From NCBI GenBank assembly GCA_002692065.1, contig NZJX01000011.1, positions 115,555-179,554 of the forward strand: a DNA stretch of 64,000 nucleotides, written 5' to 3'. Below, piece by piece: positions 21,621 to 31,914 of this stretch. The notes below the pieces were generated by a model. It saw only the letters and a list, made by a program, of their open reading frames with translations, had not been told where the DNA came from and made no database searches. Both the position numbers and the translations under genes were made by a program. Source of the stretch: Flavobacteriales bacterium. GTDB lineage: Bacteria; Bacteroidota; Bacteroidia; Flavobacteriales; UBA7430. How positions within the stretch are numbered: the stretch's first letter is position 1; every line of letters begins with the position of its first letter.

Positions 21621-24394
21621 TTACCGAGAACTCTAATAAAAAACTCTTTCTTTTTGACGCCTTTGCTCTGATTTACAGGTCCTATTTTGCGTTTATTAAA
21701 AACCCACGAGTTACATCAAAAGGGTTAGACACCTCAGCTATTTTTGGTTTAATTAATACTATATTAGAAATTAAATCTAAAGAAAAACCAACACATTGGT
21801 GTTTTTGTTTTGATTCTTCTGAGCCAACAGAAAGGCACATAGAATATTCACAATATAAAGCTCAGAGAGACGCTATGCCTGAGGGTATTTCTGAGGCTAT
21901 TCCTTATATTTTTAAGATATTGGAAGCTATGAACATCCCTGTTTTGTCTATGCCGGGTTATGAGGCAGACGACATTATTGGCACTGTAGCAAAAAAAGCG
22001 GCAAAAGAGAATTATATGGTTTACATGATGACTCCAGATAAGGACTTTGCTCAACTTGTTTCTAAAAATATAAATATATATAAACCCGCATATAAAGGAG
22101 GTGGTCCTCAAATATTGGGAGTTTTAGAGGTTAAGAAAAAATTTGAAATTAAACAAATATCACAGGTAATAGATTACCTAGGAATGACTGGTGACGCCTC
22201 AGATAATATCCCTGGAATTCCTGGCGTTGGTGATAAGACTGCAAAAAAACTTATTCAAGAATTTGGTGGAGTTGAAGGGGTTTATGGTAATATTGAAAAA
22301 ATATCCGGCAAGCTTAAAGAAAAAGTTTTAAATAATAAAAAACTTTGTCTACTATCAAAAAAACTAGTTACCATAAATGTTAACGTTCCTATAAATTATA
22401 ATATAGACAAATTTCGCCTAAAAAATTTTAATACTGAAAAATTAAAAATAATTCTTAAAACTCTTGAATTTAATGCTCTTTTATCAAAATTAACTCCTAA
22501 GCCATTAGATTCTTTAAATAATGAACAAAAGACAATTTATAATTCTGAAAATAAAATTGATACGCTAAATTTGTTTTCTTCTCATAATGTTTCTTTACCT
22601 AAGCTCGAAAAAAAAGTAAAAAACTCTTCATTATTTAAATCTATTACTGATGTTGATGAATTGACTAAAATTGTCTCTAAAATAAAAATCTCTTGTGTTT
22701 TTTCTTTTAAAATTTTTTACAGTAATGAAATTATTGCTGGAATTTCGATTTGTTATAACGGAAATTATTCATATTACGTTCCTTTGAATGCTAAATATGA
22801 TAAAGCTTCTTCATTAATAGGTTTAATTAAAAGTGTTTTTGAAGATTCAAATGTTCTTAAGGTGGGGCATAACCTTAAACATCAAATTAATATATTAAAG
22901 CGTGTTGAAGTTTTTGTAAAAGGACCTTTATTTGACACTATGATTGCTAGCCATTTGATTAATTCTGAATCAAATAATAATTTAAAGATTCTTTCTGAGT
23001 CTATTGTAGACTATCAAATTGAAAATATTAACTATGAATATGCTATAATTCAGTTAATTAAAGGGGCTCCAACTAATAGCCAACTTTTAGACTATTCCTG
23101 TGAAATGTCTCTTTTACCTTACAAGCTTATGATTCATTTTAAAAAAGAATTAACTGATAATGATTTAAATTATTTATTTTACAAAGTTGAAATGAATTTA
23201 ATTTATGTCTTGGCAAGTATGGAAAAAACTGGGGTTAAAATTGACGTTGAATACTTAGATGATTTCTCAAAAAAACTTTATAAACTTATTAAAAAATCTG
23301 AAAATGAAATTTTTAAATTAGCAAAAGAAAAATTTAATTTGTCTTCTCCAAAACAACTTGGGGTGGTTTTATTTGAAAAAATGAAAATAATTCCTAATGC
23401 AAAAAAAACAAAAAGTGGACAATATTCAACATCGGAGATTTCTCTTTCTAAGCTTTCAAAAAACCACCCAATAATAAATTTAATTTTAAACCACCGTTCA
23501 CTGGAAAAACTAAGGTCTACATATGTTGAGTCTCTTCCTTCACTAATAAATAAAAATACAGGAAAGATTCACACAACCTTCAATCAATCAGTCACTTCTA
23601 CCGGCCGTCTTTCTTCAACCAAACCTAACTTACAAAATATTCCTATTAAAACCCTTCTTGGTAAAGAGGTGAGGAAATCCTTTATCGCTAGCGATAAAAA
23701 TAATGTTTTAATTTCTGCAGATTACTCTCAAATTGAACTCAGAATTATTGCTGAAATGAGTGGTGATGACAATATGATTAATGCATTTAGAAAAAATGCT
23801 GATATACACACCTCTACTGCAGCAAAAATATTTAATGTACCTATTGAAAGCGTTTCAAAAGAAATGAGATCAAATGCAAAAGTTGTAAATTTTGGCATCA
23901 TTTATGGGGTTTCTGCTTTTGGTTTAAGTCAACAAACAAATCTATCTAGAAAAGAGGCGGCTGAAATTATAAAAGCCTACTTTCAATCTTTTCCTAAACT
24001 TAAAAATTTTATGGAAAATCAAATTTCTTTTGCTGTAAAATATGGATTTGTGAAAACATTATTGAATAGAAGGCGGAATTTAATCAGTATTAATTCTTCA
24101 AACTCTTTTGTTAGAAGTCATGCGGAAAGAAATGCTATCAACTCTCCTATTCAAGGTAGCGCTGCTGATATAATTAAGATAGCAATGGTTAATATTTATA
24201 AACAAATTTTGTCTAAAAATTTATCTTCTAAATTAATTATTCAGGTTCACGACGAATTAATATTTGATAGCCCAATTGAAGAGGTTTCTATTATTAAAAG
24301 TATTATAAAAAAAGAAATGGAGAGCGCAGTAAAAACTAATGTTCCTTTAACTGTTGAAATAGGAGTTGCTAAGAATTGGTTAGGGGCTCATTAA
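21617..24394 (+). CDS. polA: DNA polymerase I
   Basis: 5'-3' exonuclease N-terminus (LFLFDAFALIYRSYFA, GYEADD). Pol A motifs DYSQIELRI, RSNAKVVNFGIIYG, QVHDEL. Confidence 0.95.
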   Translation: MITENSNKKLFLFDAFALIYRSYFAFIKNPRVTSKGLDTSAIFGLINTILEIKSKEKPTHWCFCFDSSEPTERHIEYSQYKAQRDAMPEGISEAIPYIFKILEAMNIPVLSMPGYEADDIIGTVAKKAAKENYMVYMMTPDKDFAQLVSKNINIYKPAYKGGGPQILGVLEVKKKFEIKQISQVIDYLGMTGDASDNIPGIPGVGDKTAKKLIQEFGGVEGVYGNIEKISGKLKEKVLNNKKLCLLSKKLVTINVNVPINYNIDKFRLKNFNTEKLKIILKTLEFNALLSKLTPKPLDSLNNEQKTIYNSENKIDTLNLFSSHNVSLPKLEKKVKNSSLFKSITDVDELTKIVSKIKISCVFSFKIFYSNEIIAGISICYNGNYSYYVPLNAKYDKASSLIGLIKSVFEDSNVLKVGHNLKHQINILKRVEVFVKGPLFDTMIASHLINSESNNNLKILSESIVDYQIENINYEYAIIQLIKGAPTNSQLLDYSCEMSLLPYKLMIHFKKELTDNDLNYLFYKVEMNLIYVLASMEKTGVKIDVEYLDDFSKKLYKLIKKSENEIFKLAKEKFNLSSPKQLGVVLFEKMKIIPNAKKTKSGQYSTSEISLSKLSKNHPIINLILNHRSLEKLRSTYVESLPSLINKNTGKIHTTFNQSVTSTGRLSSTKPNLQNIPIKTLLGKEVRKSFIASDKNNVLISADYSQIELRIIAEMSGDDNMINAFRKNADIHTSTAAKIFNVPIESVSKEMRSNAKVVNFGIIYGVSAFGLSQQTNLSRKEAAEIIKAYFQSFPKLKNFMENQISFAVKYGFVKTLLNRRRNLISINSSNSFVRSHAERNAINSPIQGSAADIIKIAMVNIYKQILSKNLSSKLIIQVHDELIFDSPIEEVSIIKSIIKKEMESAVKTNVPLTVEIGVAKNWLGAH

Positions 24395-25759
24395 ATTTAT
24401 TTTATTGAAACCTAAATAACCTTGATCTAAATCTGTTAATTTTTTGTACCCCAATTTTTTTAAGATAGATATTGCTATAACTGACCTATAACCTGCTTGG
24501 CAATGAATAATATACTGTTTTTTTTTATCTAACATTTTATAATTATCATATATACAACTTAAAGGTAAGTTTTTTGCATCATTAATTTTACTAAAATTAT
24601 ATTCGTCTTTCTCTCTAACATCAATGATACTATTAAAACTATTATTTTTTTTACTTAATAATTCCTTTGCTGATATTTGATTAATTAACGATATTTCTTC
24701 TCCACAATTTTGCCATTCTTCTAGACCACCATCTAAAAAACCAACTACATTATCAAATCCTACTCTTGATAATCTAATTAAGGCTTCTTTTTTATTTTCA
24801 TTATTACAAATTAATAAAATTTTAGTTTTTGGATTTTTTAAAATTTGCCCTACCCATGGGGCAAATCTTCCGTTTAATCCAATAAAAATTGAACCTAAAA
24901 TATGTCCTTCTATAAAATTTTTTTGATGTCTAACATCTAATACTAATGCTCCACTTTTTTTTTCTTTTTTAAACCTATCAATACTTAAATTAAATGGTTT
25001 TTTGGTTATTTCTGATATTTTAGAAATATTATTTGATTTATTAAGTTTTACATTTTTTATAAAATATTTTGGTTGTGCTGAAATATCTTTAGTTACTATT
25101 TTTATAAATTCATCTTTAGATATACTTAAATTAAGTGCAAAATTTTTAATTTTTTGATTTTTTAATGTATCAAATGTTTTATTACTTATGTTTTTTCCAC
25201 ATGTTGATCCTGCTCCATGAGCTGGATATATTATTATATCATCATTTAATGGTAAAATTTTATTTTTTATTGAATCATATAACATTGATGCTAACTGTTT
25301 TAATGAGAAATTTGAGCTCACAGCTAGATCTGGTCTTCCTACACTGTTAATAAATAATGTGTCACCTGTAAAAATAGAATGTTGTTTATTATTTTTATCA
25401 AATAATAAATAACAAGAAGATTCCATTGTATGTCCTGGGGTATGTAATAATTTAATTTTTACACCTCCAAATTTTATCTCATCATTATCATTTAGTTTAA
25501 CAAAATCAAAGTTTGTTTTTGCATTAGGTCCAAATATTATTTTTGATTTGGTTAATTTTGATAATTCAAGATGGCCTGAGACAAAATCAGCATGAAAATG
25601 AGTTTCTAAAATATATTTAATTTTTAAATTATTCTTCTTAGCGTAATTTATATATTTAAATGGTTCTCTCAAAGGGTCTATTAAAACAGCCTCATTTCCT
25701 GATGATATTATATAAGAAGCTTCAGATAAACAATTTGTGTAGATTTGTTTAATTATCAT
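24380..25759 (-). CDS. MBL-fold hydrolase (persulfide dioxygenase-like) fused to two rhodanese domains
   Basis: ETHFHADFVSGH metal motif and HTPGHT. Two C-terminal rhodanese modules, the second with active-site loop HCQAGYRS. Confidence 0.8.
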   Translation of the reverse strand: MIIKQIYTNCLSEASYIISSGNEAVLIDPLREPFKYINYAKKNNLKIKYILETHFHADFVSGHLELSKLTKSKIIFGPNAKTNFDFVKLNDNDEIKFGGVKIKLLHTPGHTMESSCYLLFDKNNKQHSIFTGDTLFINSVGRPDLAVSSNFSLKQLASMLYDSIKNKILPLNDDIIIYPAHGAGSTCGKNISNKTFDTLKNQKIKNFALNLSISKDEFIKIVTKDISAQPKYFIKNVKLNKSNNISKISEITKKPFNLSIDRFKKEKKSGALVLDVRHQKNFIEGHILGSIFIGLNGRFAPWVGQILKNPKTKILLICNNENKKEALIRLSRVGFDNVVGFLDGGLEEWQNCGEEISLINQISAKELLSKKNNSFNSIIDVREKDEYNFSKINDAKNLPLSCIYDNYKMLDKKKQYIIHCQAGYRSVIAISILKKLGYKKLTDLDQGYLGFNKINLMSP

Positions 25760-25761
25760 TA

Positions 25762-27096
25762 TTACATGTTACTTTTTAAAAATAACATTAATTCGCTTTT
25801 ACCTCTAGGTTTACTAACTATTTTCATGTTTTTGTCTAAAATAAAATAAGTTGGTGTTTTATTTATTTTGTAATCCTTACAAACAGGAGAGTCATAATTT
25901 TTAAATTGTGATACATTAATCCAGTTAAATTTCTTCTCATTTAATACTTTATTCCATTTTTCTCTATTAACATCTAGGGCTACACCTATTACTTCAAGAC
26001 CTTTAGTTTTATATTCATTATAAACTGGAACAAATCCTGGTAAATCTCTCATACAATGAGGACAATGTGTTGCCCAAAACATTACAATAGTATAAATATT
26101 TTGTTTACAAGTATTTTTTAGATTGATTAATGATCCTAAATTGTTTTTTATTGTAAAATCAGGAGGAATATTACCTATTTGTAAATTTTTAAATAGTTTA
26201 GCTTTTTGTTTTAATAAATCATTTATTTGAATTTCCCCACATGCTTCTCCATAAAAGTATTCCTCCATAATATATGTAGCAACATCCTCTAATCCTGAAC
26301 CATAAAACCCGTCCAATAAATTATATAATGCGAATTCAAAAACTTTTTCATTTGATTTTGCTTTATTCATAATTTCATCAACAGCGTTATAATAACCAGA
26401 TTCCGTGTGACCACTATGTTTAATTATATAATCTTGAAATCTTTTTGAATAAACTTTTGATCTTATAAATGACTCATTATTGAAATCTAAATCTGAGAAA
26501 TATTTAAATTTATCACCAGGGAAATTCGGACTAGTAGCTAATTGAGTTTTTGAAAAATAAGTATTAGGATTTTTACTAACTAGAGTAGTTGTAAAGTTAG
26601 ATAAATCTTTTTCTAACTGAGAAATTTTATTAGACAATTCATTAACCTTAATATCATTTCCTTCTTTTCTAGCTTGACCTCTTTGTCTTTTAAAGTTTTT
26701 TATTTGATTTTGAATTACATTATCTTTTGATTTAAACTCTCTTAATGCTAAGTTTTCATTGGAAATTAAAATTTTAACCCCGTCCTCTAATTTTGGTTTA
26801 TTAAATTCTAGTGATAATTTCTGTTCAACTGAATTTAAGATTATGTCAAGAGTATTTTTGTCATTAATTAAACCTATTTTATAATAACCAATAGGGTATT
26901 TTTTAAATTTAAAAAAAAATGAGCTTTGAGAATTAACTCTAGTACTATCTATTATGTAAGCGTAATTTCCTTCTGTTCTATATAAATTAACTTGTTTACC
27001 TACTTGTCTGGGAATATTAAATTTTCCATAAATTGATTGGGAATAAGTGTTTATGATAAAACTTAAAGTAAAAATAATTATTAATTTTTTTTTCAT
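25762..27096 (-). CDS. Secreted TlpA/AhpC-TSA family thioredoxin-fold protein
   Basis: Signal peptide. C-terminal thioredoxin fold with FWATHCPHC (CxxC). Confidence 0.75.
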   Translation of the reverse strand: MKKKLIIIFTLSFIINTYSQSIYGKFNIPRQVGKQVNLYRTEGNYAYIIDSTRVNSQSSFFFKFKKYPIGYYKIGLINDKNTLDIILNSVEQKLSLEFNKPKLEDGVKILISNENLALREFKSKDNVIQNQIKNFKRQRGQARKEGNDIKVNELSNKISQLEKDLSNFTTTLVSKNPNTYFSKTQLATSPNFPGDKFKYFSDLDFNNESFIRSKVYSKRFQDYIIKHSGHTESGYYNAVDEIMNKAKSNEKVFEFALYNLLDGFYGSGLEDVATYIMEEYFYGEACGEIQINDLLKQKAKLFKNLQIGNIPPDFTIKNNLGSLINLKNTCKQNIYTIVMFWATHCPHCMRDLPGFVPVYNEYKTKGLEVIGVALDVNREKWNKVLNEKKFNWINVSQFKNYDSPVCKDYKINKTPTYFILDKNMKIVSKPRGKSELMLFLKSNM

Positions 27097-27182
27097 ACGA
27101 TTTATTAATTTTATTCAAAAATAGTTAAAAAAAAATTTATTTAAATAAAAAGAAATTAATAATTAATAATTAATAAAAATTT

Positions 27183-27255
27183 AAAAAAGATTATTAAAAT
27201 TAATTAATTATGTATTATTTAAATGTTAATAAAAAAGATTATTAAAATTAATTAA
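27183..27255. repeat. Perfect 25-nt direct repeat (AAAAAAGATTATTAAAATTAATTAA) at 27183-27207 and 27231-27255
   Basis: Read directly from the sequence. Lies inside a 382-nt, almost G/C-free divergent intergenic spacer. Confidence 0.9.
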
Positions 27256-27331
27256 CATTATAAATAACAATTTTATTCATATTATATAAGTATTTAATAA
27301 GTTATTAACATGATAAATTATTTTATATTTT

Positions 27332-27376
27332 TTTATAAATAAATATATAAATTGTTTATAATTTATAAATAAATAT
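27332..27376. repeat. 15-nt direct repeat TTTATAAATAAATAT at 27332-27346 and 27362-27376
   Basis: Read directly from the sequence, in the same AT-only spacer. Confidence 0.8.
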
Positions 27377-27478
27377 TTTGATTAATTATTATTTTTTTTT
27401 TGATAATAAATTAAATAAGAATTTAAAACAATTTATAAGTAAATAATAAAATAATAATCAACACTAAAAAGTTAATAA

Positions 27479-27907
27479 ATGAATATAATTATTGCCTCTG
27501 ATCATGCTGGATATAATTTAAAAGAAAATATTAAAAAAAATATATCAAAGTTTAACCTAAACATCAAAGATGTAGGTTGTTATTCTAATGATAGTGTAGA
27601 TTATCCAGTATATGCTCATAAACTTATTAAAGAATTCACTTTAAATAAATACAATTTTGGAATTCTCATTTGTGGAACAGGAAATGGAATAGCTATGACA
27701 GCCAATAAATATAAAGATATAAGAGCGGCGGTTTGCTGGAATAATGAAATAGCAAAATTAGTTAAAAAACATAATAATGCAAACATATTATGTTTACCAG
27801 CAAGGTTTATATCATTAGAAATGGCTAATAAAATTATTAATAATTTTATAAACAGTGATTTTGAGGGAGGAAGACATTTAAAAAGAATTAAAAAAATTAA
27901 TAAATAA
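27479..27907 (+). CDS. rpiB: Ribose-5-phosphate isomerase B
   Basis: IIIASDHAGYNLK, CGTGNGIAMTANK; 142 aa. Confidence 0.9.
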   Translation: MNIIIASDHAGYNLKENIKKNISKFNLNIKDVGCYSNDSVDYPVYAHKLIKEFTLNKYNFGILICGTGNGIAMTANKYKDIRAAVCWNNEIAKLVKKHNNANILCLPARFISLEMANKIINNFINSDFEGGRHLKRIKKINK

Positions 27908-27941
27908 CCAAATCCTAAAAATAGATATTAATAAATAAAAA

Positions 27942-29813
27942 TTAACAATCTCTACCAAGTTTTATTTTTATTTTATTTTTTGCTGCAGTTAAAGAAATTA
28001 ATTTTTTTAAATATGTATTATTTTCAACATCACTGGATAATTTTTCTTTAGTTTTATTTATTAAATCCTCTAATCTAAGTTGCATAAGTCTTAAAAGAGA
28101 TTCTTGAACTAATGAAGAGAGTTTATCAACTTCTAATGGAACCCAAATATTTTTTTTACCCCAATTAGAAAGAGTGTGTTTTTCAAAGATTAACTCTACA
28201 ACCTTTTTACATATATTTGGATCACTATGATTAATAAAGAAATTAAGGAGATTTTTTTTTATAGAATGGTGTAGTAATATTTCATTAAATATTTTTTTTA
28301 GTAGTTTGTTTTTTATCCAAGATTCATTTTTTTCTATTTTTTCAGACAAAGAATTTTTAATATATTCTATTATATTTATTTCTGTATTTTTACCAGAGGA
28401 AAATACTATTATATTTTCATTAGAATACTTTATCATATACTTAATTAATTGAGATTCATATATATCTTTATTTAATAAAATTTTTTCAGAGGAAATAACC
28501 TTAAGTCGATTATTAGGTTTAATAATACTATTAATATTAGAATTAATTAGTGATTCACTTATTTCTAATTTTTTTGATAAATCCTGAGAATAAACAGCTC
28601 GAGTAATGGGATCAGAAATTAAAGATATAGATAAAGAAAGCTCTTTAATTAAATTAGATCTTTTTATAGGATCTCTTTTATCTTTATCAGATATAATATT
28701 TAATCTAAAATCAATAAAATCCTTTTCATTTTCTGATAAGAAGGATTGGAGCATAAACGCACCGTGATTTTTTGCAAAGGAATCAGGGTCTTCTCCTTTA
28801 GGAAAATTTACAACTTTTAAGTTTAATCCATTTTTTAAAATTAAATTAACCCCTCTTAATGAAGCTTTTATTCCAGCCTCATCTCCATCAAAAAGTAAAG
28901 TAATATTATTAGTAAACCTTGAAATAAGTTTAATTTGGCCTTCAGTCAAAGCTGTTCCAGAAGAAGCAACTGTATTTTTAATTCCATTCTGGTGTAGAGA
29001 TAAAACATCTGTATAACCTTCTACAATAAAACAGTTATTATGTTTGATAATTTCAGACTTAGATTGGTATATTCCATATAAAATTTTACTTTTTATATAT
29101 ATTTCGTTTTCAGATGAGTTAATATATTTTGCTAAATTTTTATCTTGCTTTAATATTCTTCCACCAAAACCTAAAACTCTTCCGCTTAGAGAGTGAATTG
29201 GAAAAATTATACGATTTACAAACCTTTCTATAATTTTATTATTTTTCTTAAAACACAGACCAGAGTTTAAGATTAATTTTTTAGAATATTTTAAGTTTTC
29301 TGCATAATTATAAAAATTTTCTTTTTTATTAAAACAGAAACCAATATCAAATTTATCAATAATCTCATAATTAAATCCTCGAGAATAAAGATAACTTAAA
29401 GCAAGAAGTTTACCTTCTTTTGAATTTAGTAAAGATTTTTTATAAAATTTAGAGGCGAGATTATTAATAATATATAACCCCTCTTTTTCTTCTAATTTTT
29501 TTTTCTGATCAGAAGAGAGTTCTAATTTTTCAATTATTATATTATACTTTTGGGCTAAATACTCAAGGGCTTGAGGGTATGAAAGTTTTTCATGCTCCAT
29601 AATAAAATTAACAGGATTACCTCCTTTACCACAACCAAAACACTTAAAAATATTTTTTGAGGGTGAGACAGTAAAAGAGGGGGTTTTTTCGTCATGGAAC
29701 GGGCACTTTCCAATTAAATTTGCTCCTCTTTTTTTGAGAGAAATAAAATCCTGAACAACCTCTTCAATTTTGGATGCCTCGAATATATTATCTATTGTTA
29801 ATTTAGGAATCAA
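27942..29813 (-). CDS. dnaG: DNA primase
   Basis: Zinc finger CPFHDEKTPSFTVSPSKNIFKCFGCGKGGN and a TOPRIM domain (VEGYTDV, DGDEAG). Confidence 0.92.
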   Translation of the reverse strand: MIPKLTIDNIFEASKIEEVVQDFISLKKRGANLIGKCPFHDEKTPSFTVSPSKNIFKCFGCGKGGNPVNFIMEHEKLSYPQALEYLAQKYNIIIEKLELSSDQKKKLEEKEGLYIINNLASKFYKKSLLNSKEGKLLALSYLYSRGFNYEIIDKFDIGFCFNKKENFYNYAENLKYSKKLILNSGLCFKKNNKIIERFVNRIIFPIHSLSGRVLGFGGRILKQDKNLAKYINSSENEIYIKSKILYGIYQSKSEIIKHNNCFIVEGYTDVLSLHQNGIKNTVASSGTALTEGQIKLISRFTNNITLLFDGDEAGIKASLRGVNLILKNGLNLKVVNFPKGEDPDSFAKNHGAFMLQSFLSENEKDFIDFRLNIISDKDKRDPIKRSNLIKELSLSISLISDPITRAVYSQDLSKKLEISESLINSNINSIIKPNNRLKVISSEKILLNKDIYESQLIKYMIKYSNENIIVFSSGKNTEINIIEYIKNSLSEKIEKNESWIKNKLLKKIFNEILLHHSIKKNLLNFFINHSDPNICKKVVELIFEKHTLSNWGKKNIWVPLEVDKLSSLVQESLLRLMQLRLEDLINKTKEKLSSDVENNTYLKKLISLTAAKNKIKIKLGRDC

Positions 29814-29843
29814 AAGTTAAATTTATTTTTCTCAAAAATAAAT

Positions 29844-30818
29844 TTATTTTTCTCTTTCTACAACAAAGTTTAATAAAGAAATTAAATCTTGTTTGCTTGA
29901 ACATTCAGGAAGAGACTTAATCAATGTTAAAGCTTTATTTTTATATTGTATCATTTTAGATTTAGCGTAATCAATACCTCCTTTACTTTCAATAAAAGAA
30001 ATAATATCACTAATAACTTTTGGAGATTTTTCTTTTTTTTTAAACAAAAATAAAATTTCTTTTTTTTCTTTTTTAGAGCAATTTTGTAGTGAGTAAATTA
30101 AGGGTAAAGTGATTTTTTTTTCTTTGATATCATTAGATGCTGGCTTTCCTATAATACTTGTTTTACCAAAATCCAAAAGGTCATCTTTTATTTGAAACGC
30201 AATACCGCAGTATTCTCCAATTTCCCAGAACAGATTAATTGTTTTTTTATCTGTGGTAGATGAACTTGCGCCAACCGAGCAACAAGACGCTATTAATGAA
30301 GCAGTTTTTTTTCTTATAATTTCAAAATAACTTTTTTCATCTAAGTTATATTTTCTTGATTTTTCAATTTGCAAAAGCTCTCCCTCACTCATCTGTTCCA
30401 CAGCTTTTGATGTGATTTCTAAAAGATCATAATCTTTGTTTTTTACTGATATAAGTAGCCCTTTGGAAAGTAAAAAGTCACCAACCAAAACAGAAATTTT
30501 ATTTTTCCAAATATAATTTATAGAAAAAAACCCTCTACGTTGTTTTGCCTCATCAACAACATCATCATGAACTAAGGTGGCTGTATGAAGAAGTTCAATA
30601 AGAACCGCGCCACGAATTGTTTTATCATTAATTTTTCCGCAAATATTTGAACAAATAAAAATAAATAAGGGGCGTATTTGTTTACCTTTATTTCTAAAGA
30701 TATAATAGGTAATAGTGTCTAAAAGAGGAACTTTACTTAATAATGAGGTTTTAAATTTTTTTTCAAATAATTGAATATCTGACAAATAAGGTTTTTTAAT
30801 TTTATTTAAATATAACAT
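29844..30818 (-). CDS. Polyprenyl diphosphate synthase (IspB-like)
   Basis: First Asp-rich motif LVHDDVVD and second motif FQIKDDLLD. Confidence 0.88.
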   Translation of the reverse strand: MLYLNKIKKPYLSDIQLFEKKFKTSLLSKVPLLDTITYYIFRNKGKQIRPLFIFICSNICGKINDKTIRGAVLIELLHTATLVHDDVVDEAKQRRGFFSINYIWKNKISVLVGDFLLSKGLLISVKNKDYDLLEITSKAVEQMSEGELLQIEKSRKYNLDEKSYFEIIRKKTASLIASCCSVGASSSTTDKKTINLFWEIGEYCGIAFQIKDDLLDFGKTSIIGKPASNDIKEKKITLPLIYSLQNCSKKEKKEILFLFKKKEKSPKVISDIISFIESKGGIDYAKSKMIQYKNKALTLIKSLPECSSKQDLISLLNFVVEREK

Positions 30819-30861
30819 GTCACAAAGTTAGAAATAAAACCAATCTTAATCTAAAAAAAAT

Positions 30862-31914
30862 TCATGCTTTATTAGCAAGTTGACCACAAGCAGCATCAAT
30901 ATCCTCACCCCTACTTTTTCTAACATTAACAATAAACCCTTTTTTTTCAAGATAAAGTTTAAATTGATTTGTTTTTTCCACAGAAGTTTTATTATAATCT
31001 AGCCCCTCCACATTGTTGTACTCAATTATATTTATTTTACACTTTAAATCTTTTGCAAATACAATAAGTTCTTTTGCATCATCAATAGAATCATTAAAAT
31101 CTTTAAATATAATGTACTCTAGCGTAATTATTCGGTTGGTTTTTTTATTAAAATATTGTAAAGAACTCTTTAGAGACTCTAAGTTGTTAGAGCTGTTAAT
31201 GGGCATTATTTGACTTCTTTTTTCATTATTAGCTGCATGAAGAGATAAGGCTAAGTTAAACTTCACACTATCATCTGCAAGTTTGTGTATCATTTTTACA
31301 ATTCCAGAAGTTGAAACTGTTATCCTTTTTGGAGAAATAGCTAACCCCTCTTTAGAGGTTATAAATTGGATTGAACGAATTACATTTTTATAGTTTAAAA
31401 GAGGCTCCCCCATACCCATATAAACAATATTTGTTAGGGGTTTTTTCAATTTTTTTTCAGATATTTTTTTAATATGATAAACTTGATCATAAATTTCTTC
31501 AGCTGAAATGTTTCTCAATCTTTTTAGTTTTCCTGTAGCACAAAAAGCACAAGAAAGGCTACACCCAACTTGTGATGAAATACAAGCGGTAATTCTTTTT
31601 TTTGAAGGAATCAAAACCCCCTCACAAATAAAGCCATCGCTTAGTTTAAAACCAAGTTTTATTGTTTGGTCAGTGCTAATTTGCTTTGAGCTAATAATTG
31701 TTTTAGAAAAATAAAATAAATTGTCAAGCTTAGATCTCAAAGAAACAGGGATGTTGTTCATTTTGTCAAAATCATCAACATTATTTTTCCAAACCCAGTT
31801 AAAAACCTGACTGGCTCTAAATTTTTTTTCTTTGATGTTTATAAAAAAAGACTCCAACTCATCTTTAGTGAATGTTCTAATATTTAATTTATTCATTAGG
31901 TTTAAATTAAACAA
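30862..31914 (-). CDS. rlmN: 23S rRNA/tRNA (adenine-C2)-methyltransferase, radical SAM
   Basis: CSLSCAFCATG radical-SAM cluster motif, GMGEPL, C-terminal DIDAACGQL. Confidence 0.9.
   Translation of the reverse strand: MFNLNLMNKLNIRTFTKDELESFFINIKEKKFRASQVFNWVWKNNVDDFDKMNNIPVSLRSKLDNLFYFSKTIISSKQISTDQTIKLGFKLSDGFICEGVLIPSKKRITACISSQVGCSLSCAFCATGKLKRLRNISAEEIYDQVYHIKKISEKKLKKPLTNIVYMGMGEPLLNYKNVIRSIQFITSKEGLAISPKRITVSTSGIVKMIHKLADDSVKFNLALSLHAANNEKRSQIMPINSSNNLESLKSSLQYFNKKTNRIITLEYIIFKDFNDSIDDAKELIVFAKDLKCKINIIEYNNVEGLDYNKTSVEKTNQFKLYLEKKGFIVNVRKSRGEDIDAACGQLANKA

Noticed and set aside
27183-27255. The 25-nt direct repeat considered as a minimal CRISPR array.
   Set aside because: There are only two copies and a 23-nt AT-only 'spacer'. 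There are no cas genes in the window, and the repeat has no dyad structure.
27097-27478. The AT-only 382-nt spacer considered as the chromosomal origin (oriC).
   Set aside because: I found no DnaA-box-like 9-mers with one mismatch or fewer in it, and dnaA/dnaN are not nearby. It is kept as a low-interest oddity, not called as an origin.
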